The translations under genes and the position numbers were made by a program. From positions 310,001-374,000 of the forward strand of contig NC_043000.1 in the NCBI RefSeq assembly GCF_006345805.1: a DNA stretch of 64,000 nt, in the 5' to 3' direction. Shown one piece after another: positions 36,004-49,239 of this stretch (the first letter of the stretch is position 1; each line of letters begins with the position of its first letter). Source of the DNA: Octopus sinensis (lineage: Eukaryota). The notes below the pieces were generated by a model. The model made no database searches. It saw only the letters and a program-made list of their open reading frames with translations, and was not told the origin of the DNA.

Positions 36004-36009
<6 letters not shown>
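34961..36009 (+). mobile_element. Probable Penelope-like partial tandem (direct ~199-bp repeats 34961-35159 and 35810-36009)
   Basis: Direct repeats ending at (TA)n; hammerhead-like motif at 35677-35731; homologous to 58290-58760; no recognisable ORF. Confidence 0.45.
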
Positions 36010-36037
<28 letters not shown>

Positions 36038-36268
36038 CGATATATCAGCCATATATTTCTGTGGCCCTCACTTCAGCCTTTAAAGTTTTAGCAAATATTC
36101 TGGGTTGAAATATTATTGGCGTAATACCCTTTGCTTATTATCTTTAGATATTAAACAACGCTCGAAGTGTTATCTTTCGCTTTCTAATTGCAAACATGGT
36201 GAGCAGGTAGAACCGTTAGTAAGCTGAGTTAAATGCTCAGAGGCATTTCGCCTATATTCTTTTAGTCC

Positions 36269-36665
36269 CTCTTTTACTTGTTTCAGTCATTTGACTGTGG
36301 CCATGCTGGAGCACCGCTTTTTAGTCGAGCAAATCGACCACAGGACTTTTTTTTTGAAGCCTAGTACTTATTCTATCGGTCTCTCTTGCCGAGCCGCTAA
36401 GTTACGGGGACGTAAACACACCAGCATCGGATGTCAAGCGATGTTGGGGGGACAAACACAGACACACAAACATATACACACACATACATATATACATATA
36501 TAGGACGGGCTTCTTTCAGTTTCCGTCTACCAAATCCACTCACAAGGCTTTGGTCGGCCTGAGGCTATAGTAGAAGACACCGGCCCAAGATGCCACGCAG
36601 TGGGATTGAACCCGGAACAATGTGGTTCGTAAGCATGCTACTTACGATACAGCCACTCCACGCCT
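36269..36665 (-). mobile_element. SINE family B, full length
   Basis: Reverse complement of consensus from head to tail. Confidence 0.9.
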
Positions 36666-36814
36666 ATCTGCCCACTCTGAGTCCACTTTCCACTTAAGTT
36701 GGCTTTGCCTTTCTTCCTTGTCGGATCCATGAACTAAGAACCAGTTGAGGACTGAAATACATGTAATTGAGTTCCCAACCCATGAAAATTGCTGGATTTG
36801 TGCTAAAATACGAT

Positions 36815-37025
36815 CAATGGCCCAGTGGTTAGGGCAGCAGACTTGCGGTCGGAGGATCGCGGTTTCGATTCCCAGACCGGGCGTTGTGTGTGTTTATTGA
36901 GCGAAAACACCTAAAAGCTCCACGAGGCTCCGGCAGGGGATGGTGGTGATCCCTGCTGTACTCTTTCACCACTCTAAAGGCGGTGCTCCAGCATGGCCGC
37001 AGTTAAATGACTGAAACAAGTACAA
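36815..37025 (+). mobile_element. Chimeric SINE: family A 5' half joined to family B tail
   Basis: ..CTCTTTCACCACT|CTAAAGGCGGTGCTCCAGCATGG.. Confidence 0.7.
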
Positions 37026-37514
37026 ATAAAAAAAAAAATATGGGGCGGCGAGCTGGTAGAATCGGTACACTGGACAAAGTGCGTAGACAAATTACTTCCG
37101 ACTTACGTAGAGTTCATATTCCACCGAGGTTGACTTTGTCGTTCAACATTTGAGAGTCGATCAAATAAGTACAGTTTTAGCACTAGTGTTGATGTAATCG
37201 ACAAGAATTTCTGTCAGGAGCAGAAAAATCTATATTATATATATGAAAACTTTACTCCATATGTATAGTATAAATGTGTATGATAAGTACGTGAACTGAG
37301 AGGATAAACTGGAATAATAGTGGAGGTATCGTCTGCTCGCTTTACAGTCAGTTACCTAGCCAAATTGCTGACTGTATAATATGAAAGATGCAGCCAAAAG
37401 TAAATGTACATGCATGCATGCATACATACATACATACATACATACATACATACATGAATACATACATGAATGCATGCATGCATACATACATACATATGTA
37501 CATACCTACCTAAA

Positions 37515-37822
37515 AAAGACTCCGCCGTTACGACGACGAGGGTCCCACTGATACGATCAACGAACACTTGCTCGTGAAATTAACGTGCAAATGGCTGAGC
37601 ATTCCACAGACACGTGTACCCTTAACGTAGTTCTCGGGGATAATCAGCGTGACACAGAGAGTGACAAGGCTGACCTTTGAAATACAACTCATTTTTGCCA
37701 GCTGAGTGGACTGGAGCAACGTGAAATAAGGTCTTGCTCAAGGACACAACGCGTCGCCGGGAATCGAACTCACAACCTTACGATCATGAGCCGAATGCCC
37801 TAACACTAAGCCACGCGCCCTC
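37515..37822 (-). mobile_element. SINE family D (tRNA head, CORE-like) with family-A tail type 2
   Basis: GGGCGCGTGGCTTAGTG..GTTCGATTCC..GTCCTTGAGCAAGAC..CCACTCAGCTGGCAAAAATGAG, then GAGAACTACGTTAAGGGTACACGTG. Confidence 0.8.
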
Positions 37823-37865
37823 ACACATACCTACCTACCTACATATACACATACATACACATATG

Positions 37866-37896
<31 letters not shown>

Positions 37897-37988
37897 TATA
37901 TATAGCCACATATATATACATAGACTCACGTATACACACACGTATATATATATATATATATATTATATGTGTGTGTGTGTGTATATAT

Positions 37989-38061
<73 letters not shown>

Positions 38062-38779
38062 ACATATATACAAGTGCATTTATTTATCTGTCTGTCTGTC
38101 TAACTGTGTGTCTATATCTGTCTACACGCACATACATGTACTCATGTGGCTGTGTACGCGCGTGCTTGCATGTGCGCTCGTGTGTCTGTGTTCGTGTGTG
38201 TGTGTTCATGCATGCTTTCGAATGTGTATGTGTGTGTGCGTGTGTGTGTCTTTGCGAGGGTGCGTTTATACTTTGCAAACATCGTTCTTCTCTTTCCCCA
38301 GAGAAGATTTTCACTATTCTCTTGGAATATTTCTTTTCAAATAAGGTCAATATGAAGGATTGTCTCGGTTTTTCATTTTTTTGCTTCTTTTTCTCTAATA
38401 TATTATTGTTTTTTTCTTTTATATTTTTGTCATTCATCTCATTATTACTTAGCCATATTAGTAGTAGCAGTAAAATATTGTTGTTATTGTTATTGTCACC
38501 GTTCTCGTCGCTGTTATTTCTTCAATAATACTCATGGGATTTGAAAAAACATTCTGTTTACAGCGAAGGAAGAATAATTGTCTTGCTGTTAAGTGTAAAT
38601 ACAAGACCTGCAGAAGTTTTTACGAGAAATTTCATGGTAACCAATTTTCTTTTCTTTATGTATTTCTATATTAAGATGTTTCTCGTGAAATTATTGTTTT
38701 ATTTATATTTTCCACTTGTATATCTTTGAACGACGACCCCAGTAAATTTCGGCTTAAGACAGATAAGAATTTTTTTTTT

Positions 38780-39052
38780 CAGGCGTAGCTGTGTGGTAAG
38801 AAGCTTGCTTCCCAACCATTTGATTCCGGGTTCAGTCCTACTGCGTGGCACCTTCGGCATCTATCTTCTACTGTAGTCTCAGCCAGGCCAATGTCTTGTA
38901 AGTGGATTTCGTAGACGGAAACTGAAAGAAGCGCATCGTATGTTTACATACATACAAAGATACACACGCACACACATACACATATATATATATATACATA
39001 TATATATATATGTGTGTGAGCGTGTGTGAGTGTATGTGTGTATTTGTGTGTA

Positions 39053-39093
<41 letters not shown>

Positions 39094-39272
39094 TCTTTGT
39101 GCCTGTGTTTGTCCCCCACCACCGATTGACAACCGGTTGGGGTATAAGAGAAGACAATGTAAGTACTAGGCTTAAAAGAATAAGTATTGGGGTCGATTTG
39201 TTCGACTAAAACCCGTCAAGAGGATGCCCCAGCATGGCCGCAGTCAAATAACTGAAATGGGCAAAAGAAAAG
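38780..39272 (+). mobile_element. SINE family B with expanded internal microsatellite
   Basis: Head, (TA)/(TG) tract and tail visible. Confidence 0.85.
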
Positions 39273-39280
39273 ATAAAATA

Positions 39281-39393
39281 TACGGCCATATCACGTTGAA
39301 AGCATCGGTTCTCGTCCGATCATCGAAGTTAACCAACGTCGAGCCTAGTTAGTACTTAGGTGACCGCTTGGGAAACCTAGGTACTGTAAGCGT
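39281..39393 (+). pseudogene. 5S rRNA pseudogene
   Basis: TACGGCCATATCACGTTGAAAGCATCGGTTCTCGTCCGATCATCGAAGTTAACCAACGTCGAGCCTAGTTAGTACTT(del)AGGTGACCGCTTGGGAA; short deletion in the internal promoter and no oligo-T terminator. Confidence 0.9.
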
Positions 39394-39404
39394 CACACAT
39401 TTAT

Positions 39405-39577
39405 AGGCGTAGGAGTGGCTGTGTGGTAAGTAGCTTGCTTACCAGCCACATGGTTCCGCGTTCAATCCCACTGCGTGGCACCGTGGGCAAGTGTCTTCTA
39501 CTATAGCCTCGGGCCGATCAAACCCTTGTGAGTGGTTTTGGTTGACGGAAACTGAAAGAAGCCCGTCGAATATATGC

Positions 39578-39613
<36 letters not shown>

Positions 39614-39800
39614 TTGTCCCGCCAACATCGCTTGACAATCAATGGTTTTGTGTTTACGTCTCCGTAACATAGCGGTTCGGCAATAGAGACCGATAGAATA
39701 AGTATTAGGCTTACAAAGAGTAAGCTCTGGAATCGATTTACTCGACTACAGGCGATGCTCCAGCATGGCCACAGTCAAATGACTGAAACGAGTAAAAGAG
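39405..39800 (+). mobile_element. SINE family B, full length
   Basis: Consensus match head to tail. Confidence 0.9.
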
Positions 39801-41334
39801 AGAGTAAAAGGGTAAATCAATTTGCATGACTCTTCGTGTCGAATGTAGGCCAAAAATAGCCTTGAGAATAAAGTCTTCACTAATGGATACAAATAAACTT
39901 TTTGGACATAGAGGACGGAGTCCAGGTAGCCGACCCGGCGACGGCGTCTCCACACTTTTTTCTGTCATCTTTGCACGGTCGATTAATAATGTCCCTAGGA
40001 AGAGATACAGTTTGGTCGAATGTTTCTGCACCGAAATGGGTTCCTTTCAGATTTCTCTTTTGGACCTTTTGCGCTCTGAAGGCAAAGGCTGTGAAGAAAC
40101 TTCTTTCAAACTAAATAAGTCCTCGACCTGCTAAATATGATATCTAAATTTCCTCTGAATTCTTAACTTCTTATCAACTGAAGGAAACAACTTCAGAAGT
40201 CGTTCTTCTTCACTTAATGTATTGCAACCTAACCCTATCTCCTATTCTCTCTGTCTCATTGCAATGACCTTTGACATGTTCTTCAATATCGTTTATCTTT
40301 TATTTGTTGCAATCACTGGACTACGGCCATGCTAGGGCATCGTCTTGAAGTGTTTAGTCGAACAAATCAACCCCTGTAATGTAATTTTTTTTATTGTCTA
40401 ATATCATTCTATCGGTTTTTATGACCAAACCGCTAAGCTACGGGAACGTAAGCAACCCGTTAACGATTATCATACGGTGGGATGGAGGACAAGCACGAAA
40501 ACACACATATGTATACGGCAGGCTTCTAGAGAGTTTCCGCCTAAAAGAGAGTATATGTATATATATATATATATGTGTGTATTAGTGTGTGTGTATGTGT
40601 GCATAATATGGAATTTTGCTCAGTTATCTTCTAACAAGTTCATTCACAGTGCATTGGACGACCCGAGAAAAATGGTAGAAGACACTTTCTCCAGTGAGAC
40701 TGAACCTGAAACCCGCCGAAACGAAGCGTTCTTAACCACGCCGCCATGAACAGCCTCAACTGTGGAAAATTCAAGAATAAATATTCTCGTTTTAAAGCCA
40801 CTTAAAGTCAACGAAGTAATAAACTTCCATTGGAATAATACACAGGACAATAAGATTGGATATGGTACATTGTTAAACAAGGTCATTATAGTTGATACTA
40901 TAGAACTGTTAAATATCTACATTCATTCAAGGTCGAACACAAATGTGTCAGCAGGTCATTACTCGAAATACTTCAGCGGAAACCCGGTTCATTTTGGCAT
41001 TTGAAAATAGAATAACCAAGTAGGGGGAACATAGATAAATATATATAATAAAAAGGGACTAAATATAAATTAAAAATAAAAATCAGGGTTTCGTCTGATT
41101 TTCATTTGTTTTTTCGTAAATATGTTTTTTTATATTTATTTCTATATTTTGTTTTAGTCTAGTAATGTCATTTGAATAGTTTTTTGTATACAATGTAAGA
41201 ATCGTTTAGTGAGTTAAGTGTTTATGGGTAAGTATATATGGGTATGTCTAAGACTGTAGTGTAGAGAAGTGTGAGGTGTGATATAGGAAGACAGCAGGAC
41301 TATCATACACAATGAATACGTTGTCACTAAAATT

Positions 41335-41455
41335 TGTAGCAGTAGTAGTAGTAGCAGCAGTAGCAGTAGTGGTGGTGGTGGTGGTAGTAGTAGTAGTAGC
41401 AGCAGTAGCAGTAGTGGTGGTGGTGGTGGTGGTGGTGGTAGTAGTAGTAGTAAGT
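41335..41455. repeat. (AGT)n/(GGT)n/(AGC) trinucleotide tract with a higher-order duplication
   Basis: Directly visible. Confidence 0.9.
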
Positions 41456-41539
41456 TAAAATGATGTTAAGATTTCAGAGCGTGTCACTACGTACTCTTAT
41501 ATACATAAGTTCGCAAATATCTGTCCAGCTATCTATCAA

Positions 41540-41578
<39 letters not shown>

Positions 41579-42930
41579 GTCTGTTTGTCCATCTGTCTGT
41601 TTGTTCATCTGTCTGCCTGTCTGCCTGTGTGTCTGCTTGTCTCCCAACATCGCTTGACAACCAATGGTGGTGTTACGTTTAGCAGTTCGGGAAAAGAGAC
41701 CGATAGAATAAGTACCAGGCTTCCAAAGGATAAGTCCTGGGGTCGATTTGCTCGACTAAAGGCGGTGCTCCAGCATGGGCACAGTCAAATGACTGACACA
41801 AGTAAAAGAGTAAAGATTATATGCATAAATATTGATATGGATATAGATAGATAAGTAGATAGATAAATATATAAATAAATAGATATTTGGATAGATAGAT
41901 AGATAGATAGTAGATAGATTGATAGGCAAATAAAAATTGTTTGCTAGTGTGTATGTACAAGTATTTGAGTTTCTTTTTATGTATATATCTGTGTGAGTGT
42001 ATGCATCTTTGTAAGTTTTGTCAGGAAGAAGGGTCTGTAACTCAGAGGTTTTCAAAGCAATTGCCAAGACGGCGACAGCTGCAGAAAAAAAAATACATGT
42101 GAAATAGGGAATTCCAGGCACTGAAATTCTGGTGTAAAAGGACCTGGTATACTGCTTTGTGCAGAGTCTGTGGAGAATCAATATAGGTAACGACTGCGTG
42201 AGATAACAATTAAGCTGGGCGTGCCAAAGTAAAGGTTGCAAGCGACCTAACCAGAACGGTATCTTTCTTCGGCTATTCTGTCATTTTGACTAATTTACTC
42301 TTTTAATCTTTTACACGTTTCAGTGATTTGGCTGCGGCCATGCCGAAGCACCGCCTTTAGTCGAAGAAATCGCCACAGGACTTATTCTTTGCAAGCCTAG
42401 TACTTACTCTATCGGTCTTTTTTTGCCGAAACGTAAGCTTCGGGGGCAAACACACACCGACATCAGTTGTCATGCGATAATGGGTGGGGGTGGGGGACAA
42501 ACACAGACTCAAAGACACATACACATAAGACTTCGGTCAGCCCGAGGTTATGGCAGAAGAGACTTGCCCAAGGTGCCACGCAGTGGGGCTGAATCCGTTT
42601 GCTGTGCATATATATATCTGTATTTATGTACCCTTGATATATTCAATTGATGACGGTAAAGCTTATCTAAAGCAGAACCAGAAATCCTTGGATCTTGAAT
42701 TATTCAATAATTTTTGCTTGTATGTTTTGTCCCTCCGCTTTACCTCATGGTGCGATATGAACATTTAACGTGGTACTATAGTCAGTGTTTCGACTGCTAT
42801 TTCGGCATGTTGGTGTCTTTTAGACACCCTCATTTTTAATTGTTAAAAAATTTTTTTACCTTTGTAAGGTATTTCTTTCATGCTGGCCACTTGATAATTT
42901 CGACACTTAAATATCGATATTATCCTCATA

Positions 42931-42979
<49 letters not shown>

Positions 42980-43020
42980 TGTGTGTGTGTGTGTATGTGT
43001 ACGTATGGAAATGAATGACA

Positions 43021-43172
43021 GGGACATTCTGACAATAGAAATGAGACAGTTGTAACTGATGTCTACTACAAGAACACAGACACACACCACTATTTAGACA
43101 TTAGATTCTGCTGCTCACCTTACACTAAGAGGAACATTCCATTCAATATGGCAGGACGAATATGTTCAATAC
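43021..43172 (+). pseudogene. Penelope-like RT thumb fragment
   Basis: ETVVTDVYYKNTDTHHYLDIRFCCSPYTKRNIPFNMAGRICSI matches PLE TD.YYK.TD...YL...S.HP...K..IP..A.RIC. Confidence 0.75.
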
Positions 43173-44099
43173 TTATATATAAGTGTATGTGTGTGTGTGT
43201 GTGCGTGAAAAGGTTGAATTATATTTCATCCTTTACTTTGGAGGTTTCCAAATTGCGATTTCTAACAAAAATTCTTCGTATTTGGTGGTAGCTTACTAGT
43301 GTGAGATTTTTGCGAATATCAAAATATTACTTGTATATGGGTGTTATGAGAATCTATGAAAACGTATCCCATAGAAACTCAACAAGTTGTTAAAAATGGA
43401 GAAGAGAAGATGCTAAAATTTGAAAGAATATTAATACGTGCATACGATCGTTTCAATCAGCGATATTAACATATAAATACATGATAGAATAATTAAAATT
43501 AATTTTATTAAATTAAATTAATTACATATCACTGTTGTCCTCATTGCAAGAAGTATACAACAAAAAATTATTATTATTACAGAAGACTTGATGAAAGAAA
43601 TAGCAAATTCGGATGTACATATTTTATCCTTATGTGAGTCTAGTTGTGTATAAACTAAAACTCATATGCATATATGTACGTATGTATGTTTATATACATG
43701 TGTGTGTTTGTGTCTGTGTTTGTTCCCCACCAACACAGGACAACTGGTGTTGGTTTGTTAACGTCCCATAACTTAGCAGTTCGATAAAAGATGTTGACAG
43801 AATAGTACCTGGTTTAATAATTTCCGGGTTTGATTAGTTCGACTAAAACCTTCAGAATGATGTCCCAGCATGGCCGCAGCCCCAAAATAGAAACAAGAGA
43901 TGAAACACACGCATACACACACACACACATACACACAAGGTTTACTTACTCCTTACTCTTTCTCTCTTTTATTTGTTTCAATCATTTGACTGTGGTCATG
44001 CTGGAGCATCGCCTAAAAACTTAGTAATTAATTTTTCATTATCGATTTGCTCGTTAGTTTTTTTTCAACCTTGAAGCTCTTTCCCTAAGCAATCATGTC

Positions 44100-44345
44100 C
44101 CTTTCCCTACCACCACACCATAATCCCGACCCCACAATCTTACCTGCCCCTCGGCCCTCAAAAAACACCCCCACCTCCAACACCCATCGCCCCCAACGCC
44201 CACCGCTTCAACACCACCGCCCCCAAAACCCACCGCCTCCACAACACCCACCGCCCCCACAACACCCACCAACCTCACAACACCCACCGCCCCCACAACA
44301 CCCACCAACCTCACCACTCCCACCGCCCCCACAACAACCACTGCT
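44100..44345. repeat. C-rich ~18-bp minisatellite (CAACACCCACCGCCCCCA)
   Basis: Directly visible. Confidence 0.85.
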
Positions 44346-44596
44346 CCTATAAAAACCAGACTTTCGGCTGCTCTAATTTCGTTTTCGTGAAGGACGTATT
44401 TTAAGTGTTGGACCCTCCACAGTGTGACACCGTCACGTGGATGGTCAGTGACCCTTACCATTATAACAGTTCTTGCTAGGGGTCAGCAAGAAAGCCTGTT
44501 CTGGTAATCACTGTCAATTGAAAGCGTACGTGATATGGTTGACAGTTAATGATGTAATAAATTGAATGGCACCGAAGTGACAGGGAGGAGATGAGC

Positions 44597-45460
44597 GTAT
44601 GTGCGTATGTATGTATGTATGTGTGTATATGAGTAGGTATGTATGTATGTGCATGTGTATGAATGTATGTATGTATGTATATATGTATGCATGTATGTAT
44701 GTATGTATGTGCGCGTGCGTGTGTGTGTATGTATGTATGGATGGATGGATGGATGCAGGTATGTATGTATGTGCGTATGTATGTATGAATGTTTCTATGT
44801 ACTTACGTATGTATGTTCGTATGCATCTATGTATGTATGTATGTATGTACGTATATATGTATGTATGTATGTATATATGTATGTATGAATGTATGTATGT
44901 ATGTATGTATGTATGTATGTATGTACGTATGTATGTTCGTATGCATCTATGTATGTATGTATGTATGTATGTATATATGTATGTATGTATGTATATATGT
45001 ATGTATGAATGTATGTATGTATGTATGTATGTATGAATGTTTCTATGTACTTACGTATGTATGTTCGTATGTATGTATGTATATATGTATGTATCTATGT
45101 GTGTGTGTGTATGATGTATGTATGTATGTATGTGCGTGTGTACGAATTTATGTACGTACGTACGTAAGTACGTATGTATGTATATACGTATGTATGCATG
45201 TATGTACGTACTTATGTATGTTTGTATGTATGTATGTTGTACGTATGTACGTACGTATGTATGTATATGTCTGTGTGTATGTATATGGGTGTGTATTTGT
45301 GCTTGTGCTATTGATTGTATGTGTATGTGTGTGTGTGTGTGTATTTGAGTTTGTGTATGTATATACGTATCTGTTTTTGTATTTTATCGTGTATGCTTGT
45401 GTCTCTGTGTGTAATTAATGTGTTTCTGTATAAGTGTTCTGTTTATATGTGAAAGTTTGC

Positions 45461-45505
<45 letters not shown>

Positions 45506-45510
45506 CGTGT
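44597..45510. repeat. (ATGT)n/(TG)n tract with higher-order duplications
   Basis: Directly visible. Confidence 0.95.
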
Positions 45511-45697
45511 ATAGTTCAGGTTGTAGCAGTGAAGGGTTAGAAAGAGGGATTACTTAGTGAAAGGTTTGAAGAGAAATAGAAAGTGGTTTGCAAAATTTTA
45601 CTTCATGGAAAGCATCTGAGGGTGTTGCAAGCATACTTATAAATACACGCGCACGCGCACTTACACACACACATTTAGAGAGACAGACAGATAGATA

Positions 45698-46452
45698 TGT
45701 TTCTTTATTAGCCACACAGGGCTGCACACAGATAGAACAAATTACAAGGTAGAGCTTTTCTTTTGAAGGTTTAAAAAAAAAAAAAAAAAAAAGGGGGAGT
45801 TTCGATCAAAAGGGATCTTAAAAGGAGAGAAAGAGGACAAAAAAAAGGGGGGGTTAAAAAAAAAAAAAAGGGGGAGAGGAAAAAAAAATTGATCAATAGG
45901 GATCGTTATCACAGAAATGTCAATATGAAGTGTAAAGGGGAGGACAGGTGAGGTTTACCCGTGGAAAGAAAAGCCTACGGAAAAGACCACGGTAACCTCG
46001 GTCAATGAAGTCACATGTTATATTTCTTTTTTTTTTTTTTTTTTTTTTTGCAAATAAGCAACTCTCTGTTTTCGATTTCTGGGTTCATAGGACTATGCTC
46101 AAGGTGGCTTCGTCATTCATACGTGCCATTCTTGCTACATTCACCCATCTTTTTTTAAAACATTCGCTAGACAAAACTTGCCTCTCTACTCTCACTTTCC
46201 TTTTCAAGTGGTACTTGAAGAAGTTGATGAGAGATTGACCAGAGAGGAAAGTGTTTGTCTCCAATCCTTTCAGACGCGTCCACCAGATACATTCTTTCGC
46301 CATAGCCACAAGGATGATGAAAATAGCTCTTCCTTCCCGTTTGAAGGAAGGAGGCGTGACAATATTGACGATAGACTCAGCTGATAAACCGACTCGTCCC
46401 ACACGTGACAGCAGTTGTTCGACATAAGCCCACAGGTCGGAAATTGTTGGAC
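45698..46452 (-). mobile_element. 5'-truncated Tx1/L1-like LINE: ORF2 C-terminus, 3' UTR and AATAAA
   Basis: CPTISDLWAYVEQLLSR..ILVAMAKECIWWTR..LINFFKYHLKRKVRVERQVL..FKKRW..*, a pyrimidine-rich UTR, then GTGCAGCCCTGTGTGGCTAATAAAGAAA. Confidence 0.75.
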
Positions 46453-46486
<34 letters not shown>

Positions 46487-46971
46487 TAGAATGGTTGATG
46501 TATGTATGTATGGATGGATGGATGGATGGTATGCTCTATGGATGGCTGGAATGGTCGAATGATAGATGGAATGTTCAACAGATAGAAACATAGATGGAAA
46601 GGTAGACAGACAGACAGATAGATTGTTAGATAGATAGATAGTTAGATCGGTAGGTAGGTATGTAGGTGGGTAGACAGAAAGAGAAAGATTAGAAAAGAGT
46701 GGAGAAGTGTGTTAAAAGAATAACGTGGATAATAGGGAAAACGCTCGTGACGAGATAAACAGGTCCATGGATAGGTAGACCCATGTGTACGAGTATATAT
46801 ATATATATATATACGTGCTTCATAACAGCATTGGAGCATTTTAGCTTTTATTTCTAGCAATTTATGTGTCTTGACACCCGTAGTCACCTTTAGTTGACGA
46901 CTATAATTCTCTTATACATGTGTATATCTGTATGTATACACAGATACCATATATATACATACACACATACA

Positions 46972-47014
<43 letters not shown>

Positions 47015-47404
47015 TACATACATGCACACACATATATACAAATAGATAGATAGAATCTATTTAACTGCATTGAACGTCTCTCTCCCTTTATCCCTCTGTA
47101 TCTATCTATCTATCTAGCTATCTATCTATCTATCTAGCTATCTATCTAACTATCTATCTACATATCTGTCTAACATTTTATCCATCTATCAAACTGTGTA
47201 TGCGTCTGTATCAATGAAATTCAAATCAGCGACGTGTCAAATGTCCACAGGGACAAATACATTGAAACAAATCCAGAAATATCGTTTAGTGTTTGAGGTA
47301 CAATTGCTGATTGAATCTACTGCAGTATCTTATAACTGATATTTAGTTTGTAAACGATGGATGGATGAAAGACAAAGTCGGTCAGGTAGGACTCAATAGT
47401 AATA

Positions 47405-47992
47405 CATTCTACTAAAGGCACACGGCCTGAAATTTGTGGGAGAGGGGATCAGTCGATTATATGGACCGCAGTGTTTCGCTGGTACTTAATTTATCGTTCA
47501 CGGAAGGATTAAAGGCAAAGTCGACCTCGGCAGAATTTGAACTCAAAGAGTAGTAACGGGCGAACGAAATACCTATTTCTTTACTACCCACAAGGGGCTA
47601 AACACAGAGAGGACAAACAAGGACAGACAAACGGATTAAGTCGATTACATCAACCCCAGTGCGTAACTGGTACTTAATTTACCGACCCCGAAAGGATGAC
47701 AGGCAAAGTCGACCTCGGCGGAATTTGAACTCAGAACGTAGCGGCAGACGAAATACCTATTTCTATTTATTTACTACCCACAAGGGGCTAAACACAAAGA
47801 GGACAAACAAGGACAGATAAACGGATCAAGTCGATTACATCGACCCCAGTGCGTAACTGCTACTTATTGAATCGACCCTGAAAGGATGAAAGGCAAAGTC
47901 AATCTCGGCGGAATTTAAACTCAGAACGTAAAGTCAGAAGAAATACCGCTTAGCATTTCGTCCGGCGCGCTAACGTTTCTGCCAGCTCGCCG
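47405..47992 (-). repeat. Trimer of SINE family C
   Basis: GAAATACCTATTTC junctions at ~47567 and ~47750. Confidence 0.9.
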
Positions 47993-48414
47993 AAATGGTT
48001 TTAATCTCGCTGAGTGATTATATTGAGTTTCAATATGCTGATAGTCCGATGGTACCTCTCTATTATCCGAGAACTACTGGCCGATGTAAGATACTCTTAC
48101 ACTTTTTCACAAGTTTTAAGTTTTAATTCTGCTTTGTCTTCATCCAATACCCTCTTCATCCAATAAACTGTGTTGTGTTGATATGTTTCACTACCTGTCA
48201 CAAAGCCACGTAACAAGCTACATTGGCTATCTACAAGCAACGAATGACCAGACTCTACAGAGAATAGATCCCGCTCTAATTAGGTCCAAATCAATATCTA
48301 TGTAATATAGACCGGTGACACCAAACTGTTAATTAAATAATGAACAAAGAATACGCGAAGTCAAGAATCGAATGAAATACAATATAGCTAGAGTTCACAT
48401 ACATATATATTAAA

Positions 48415-48807
48415 CTAGCAGTATCGCCCGGCGTTGCTCGCGTTTGTAAGGGAAATAACTATAAAGCATTTTTAGAGAGTTATAGCCAAAAAATAGCAAA
48501 AAATGCATTAAAAATGGAAGAAAAATTATGGTAATTTTTTTTTTAAATCGTTGACTCATCGTAGACATTTTTAGAGAGTTACTTCTCTTTATTTAAAAAA
48601 TATGCGTTAAAATGGAAAACAATGATGGTAAATTATTTTTAAAAGAGTATACTCATCGTAGACGCGCGCTAATACCCAGAAGGGCTCGATAAGAATCACG
48701 ACTATAAGATATCGGGTTTTGGTTAAACTGCACCACAAAATGTGGGAGTAAGGAATCTAAATCTTAGGAGACAGATACTCACACAACTTCACTTTTATAT
48801 ATAAAGA
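48415..48807 (-). mobile_element. Non-autonomous Helitron, unit 1
   Basis: A|TC...CTAG|T termini. Confidence 0.85.
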
Positions 48808-49194
48808 TTTTATGTGTGCTTGTGCGTCTCTGAATGCGTAGCCATTCTCTTACATCACTTTGACTTATGCACCAATAACTCTATGTCTCTCTGCATTGCT
48901 CTCTTACTGTTTCCTTCTCTTCCTTCGCTCTCCGTCACAGTTTCTGTCCGTCTGTCTGTCTCTCTCCCTTCTTTAAACACATGTACACACACACATATAT
49001 GTATAAAGAGAAGGCGTAGAGAGAAGTGGAAGTGGCTGTGTGGTAAGTAGCGTGCTTACGAACCGCATGGTTCCGGGTTCAGTCCCACTGCGTGGAACTT
49101 TGGGCGAGTGTCTTCTACTATAGCCTCGGGCCGACCAAAGCCTTGTGAGTGGATTTGGTAGACGGAAACTGAAGAAGCCCGTCGTATATATGTA

Positions 49195-49239
<45 letters not shown>

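Noticed and set aside
41756-42241. 161-aa minus ORF with a hydrophobic, transporter-like stretch
   Set aside because: Runs into microsatellite and SINE, has no coherent splice sites and no recognisable family motif.
44093-44461. Pro/Gln/His-rich and Gly/Val-rich ORFs
   Set aside because: Minisatellite translation on both strands.
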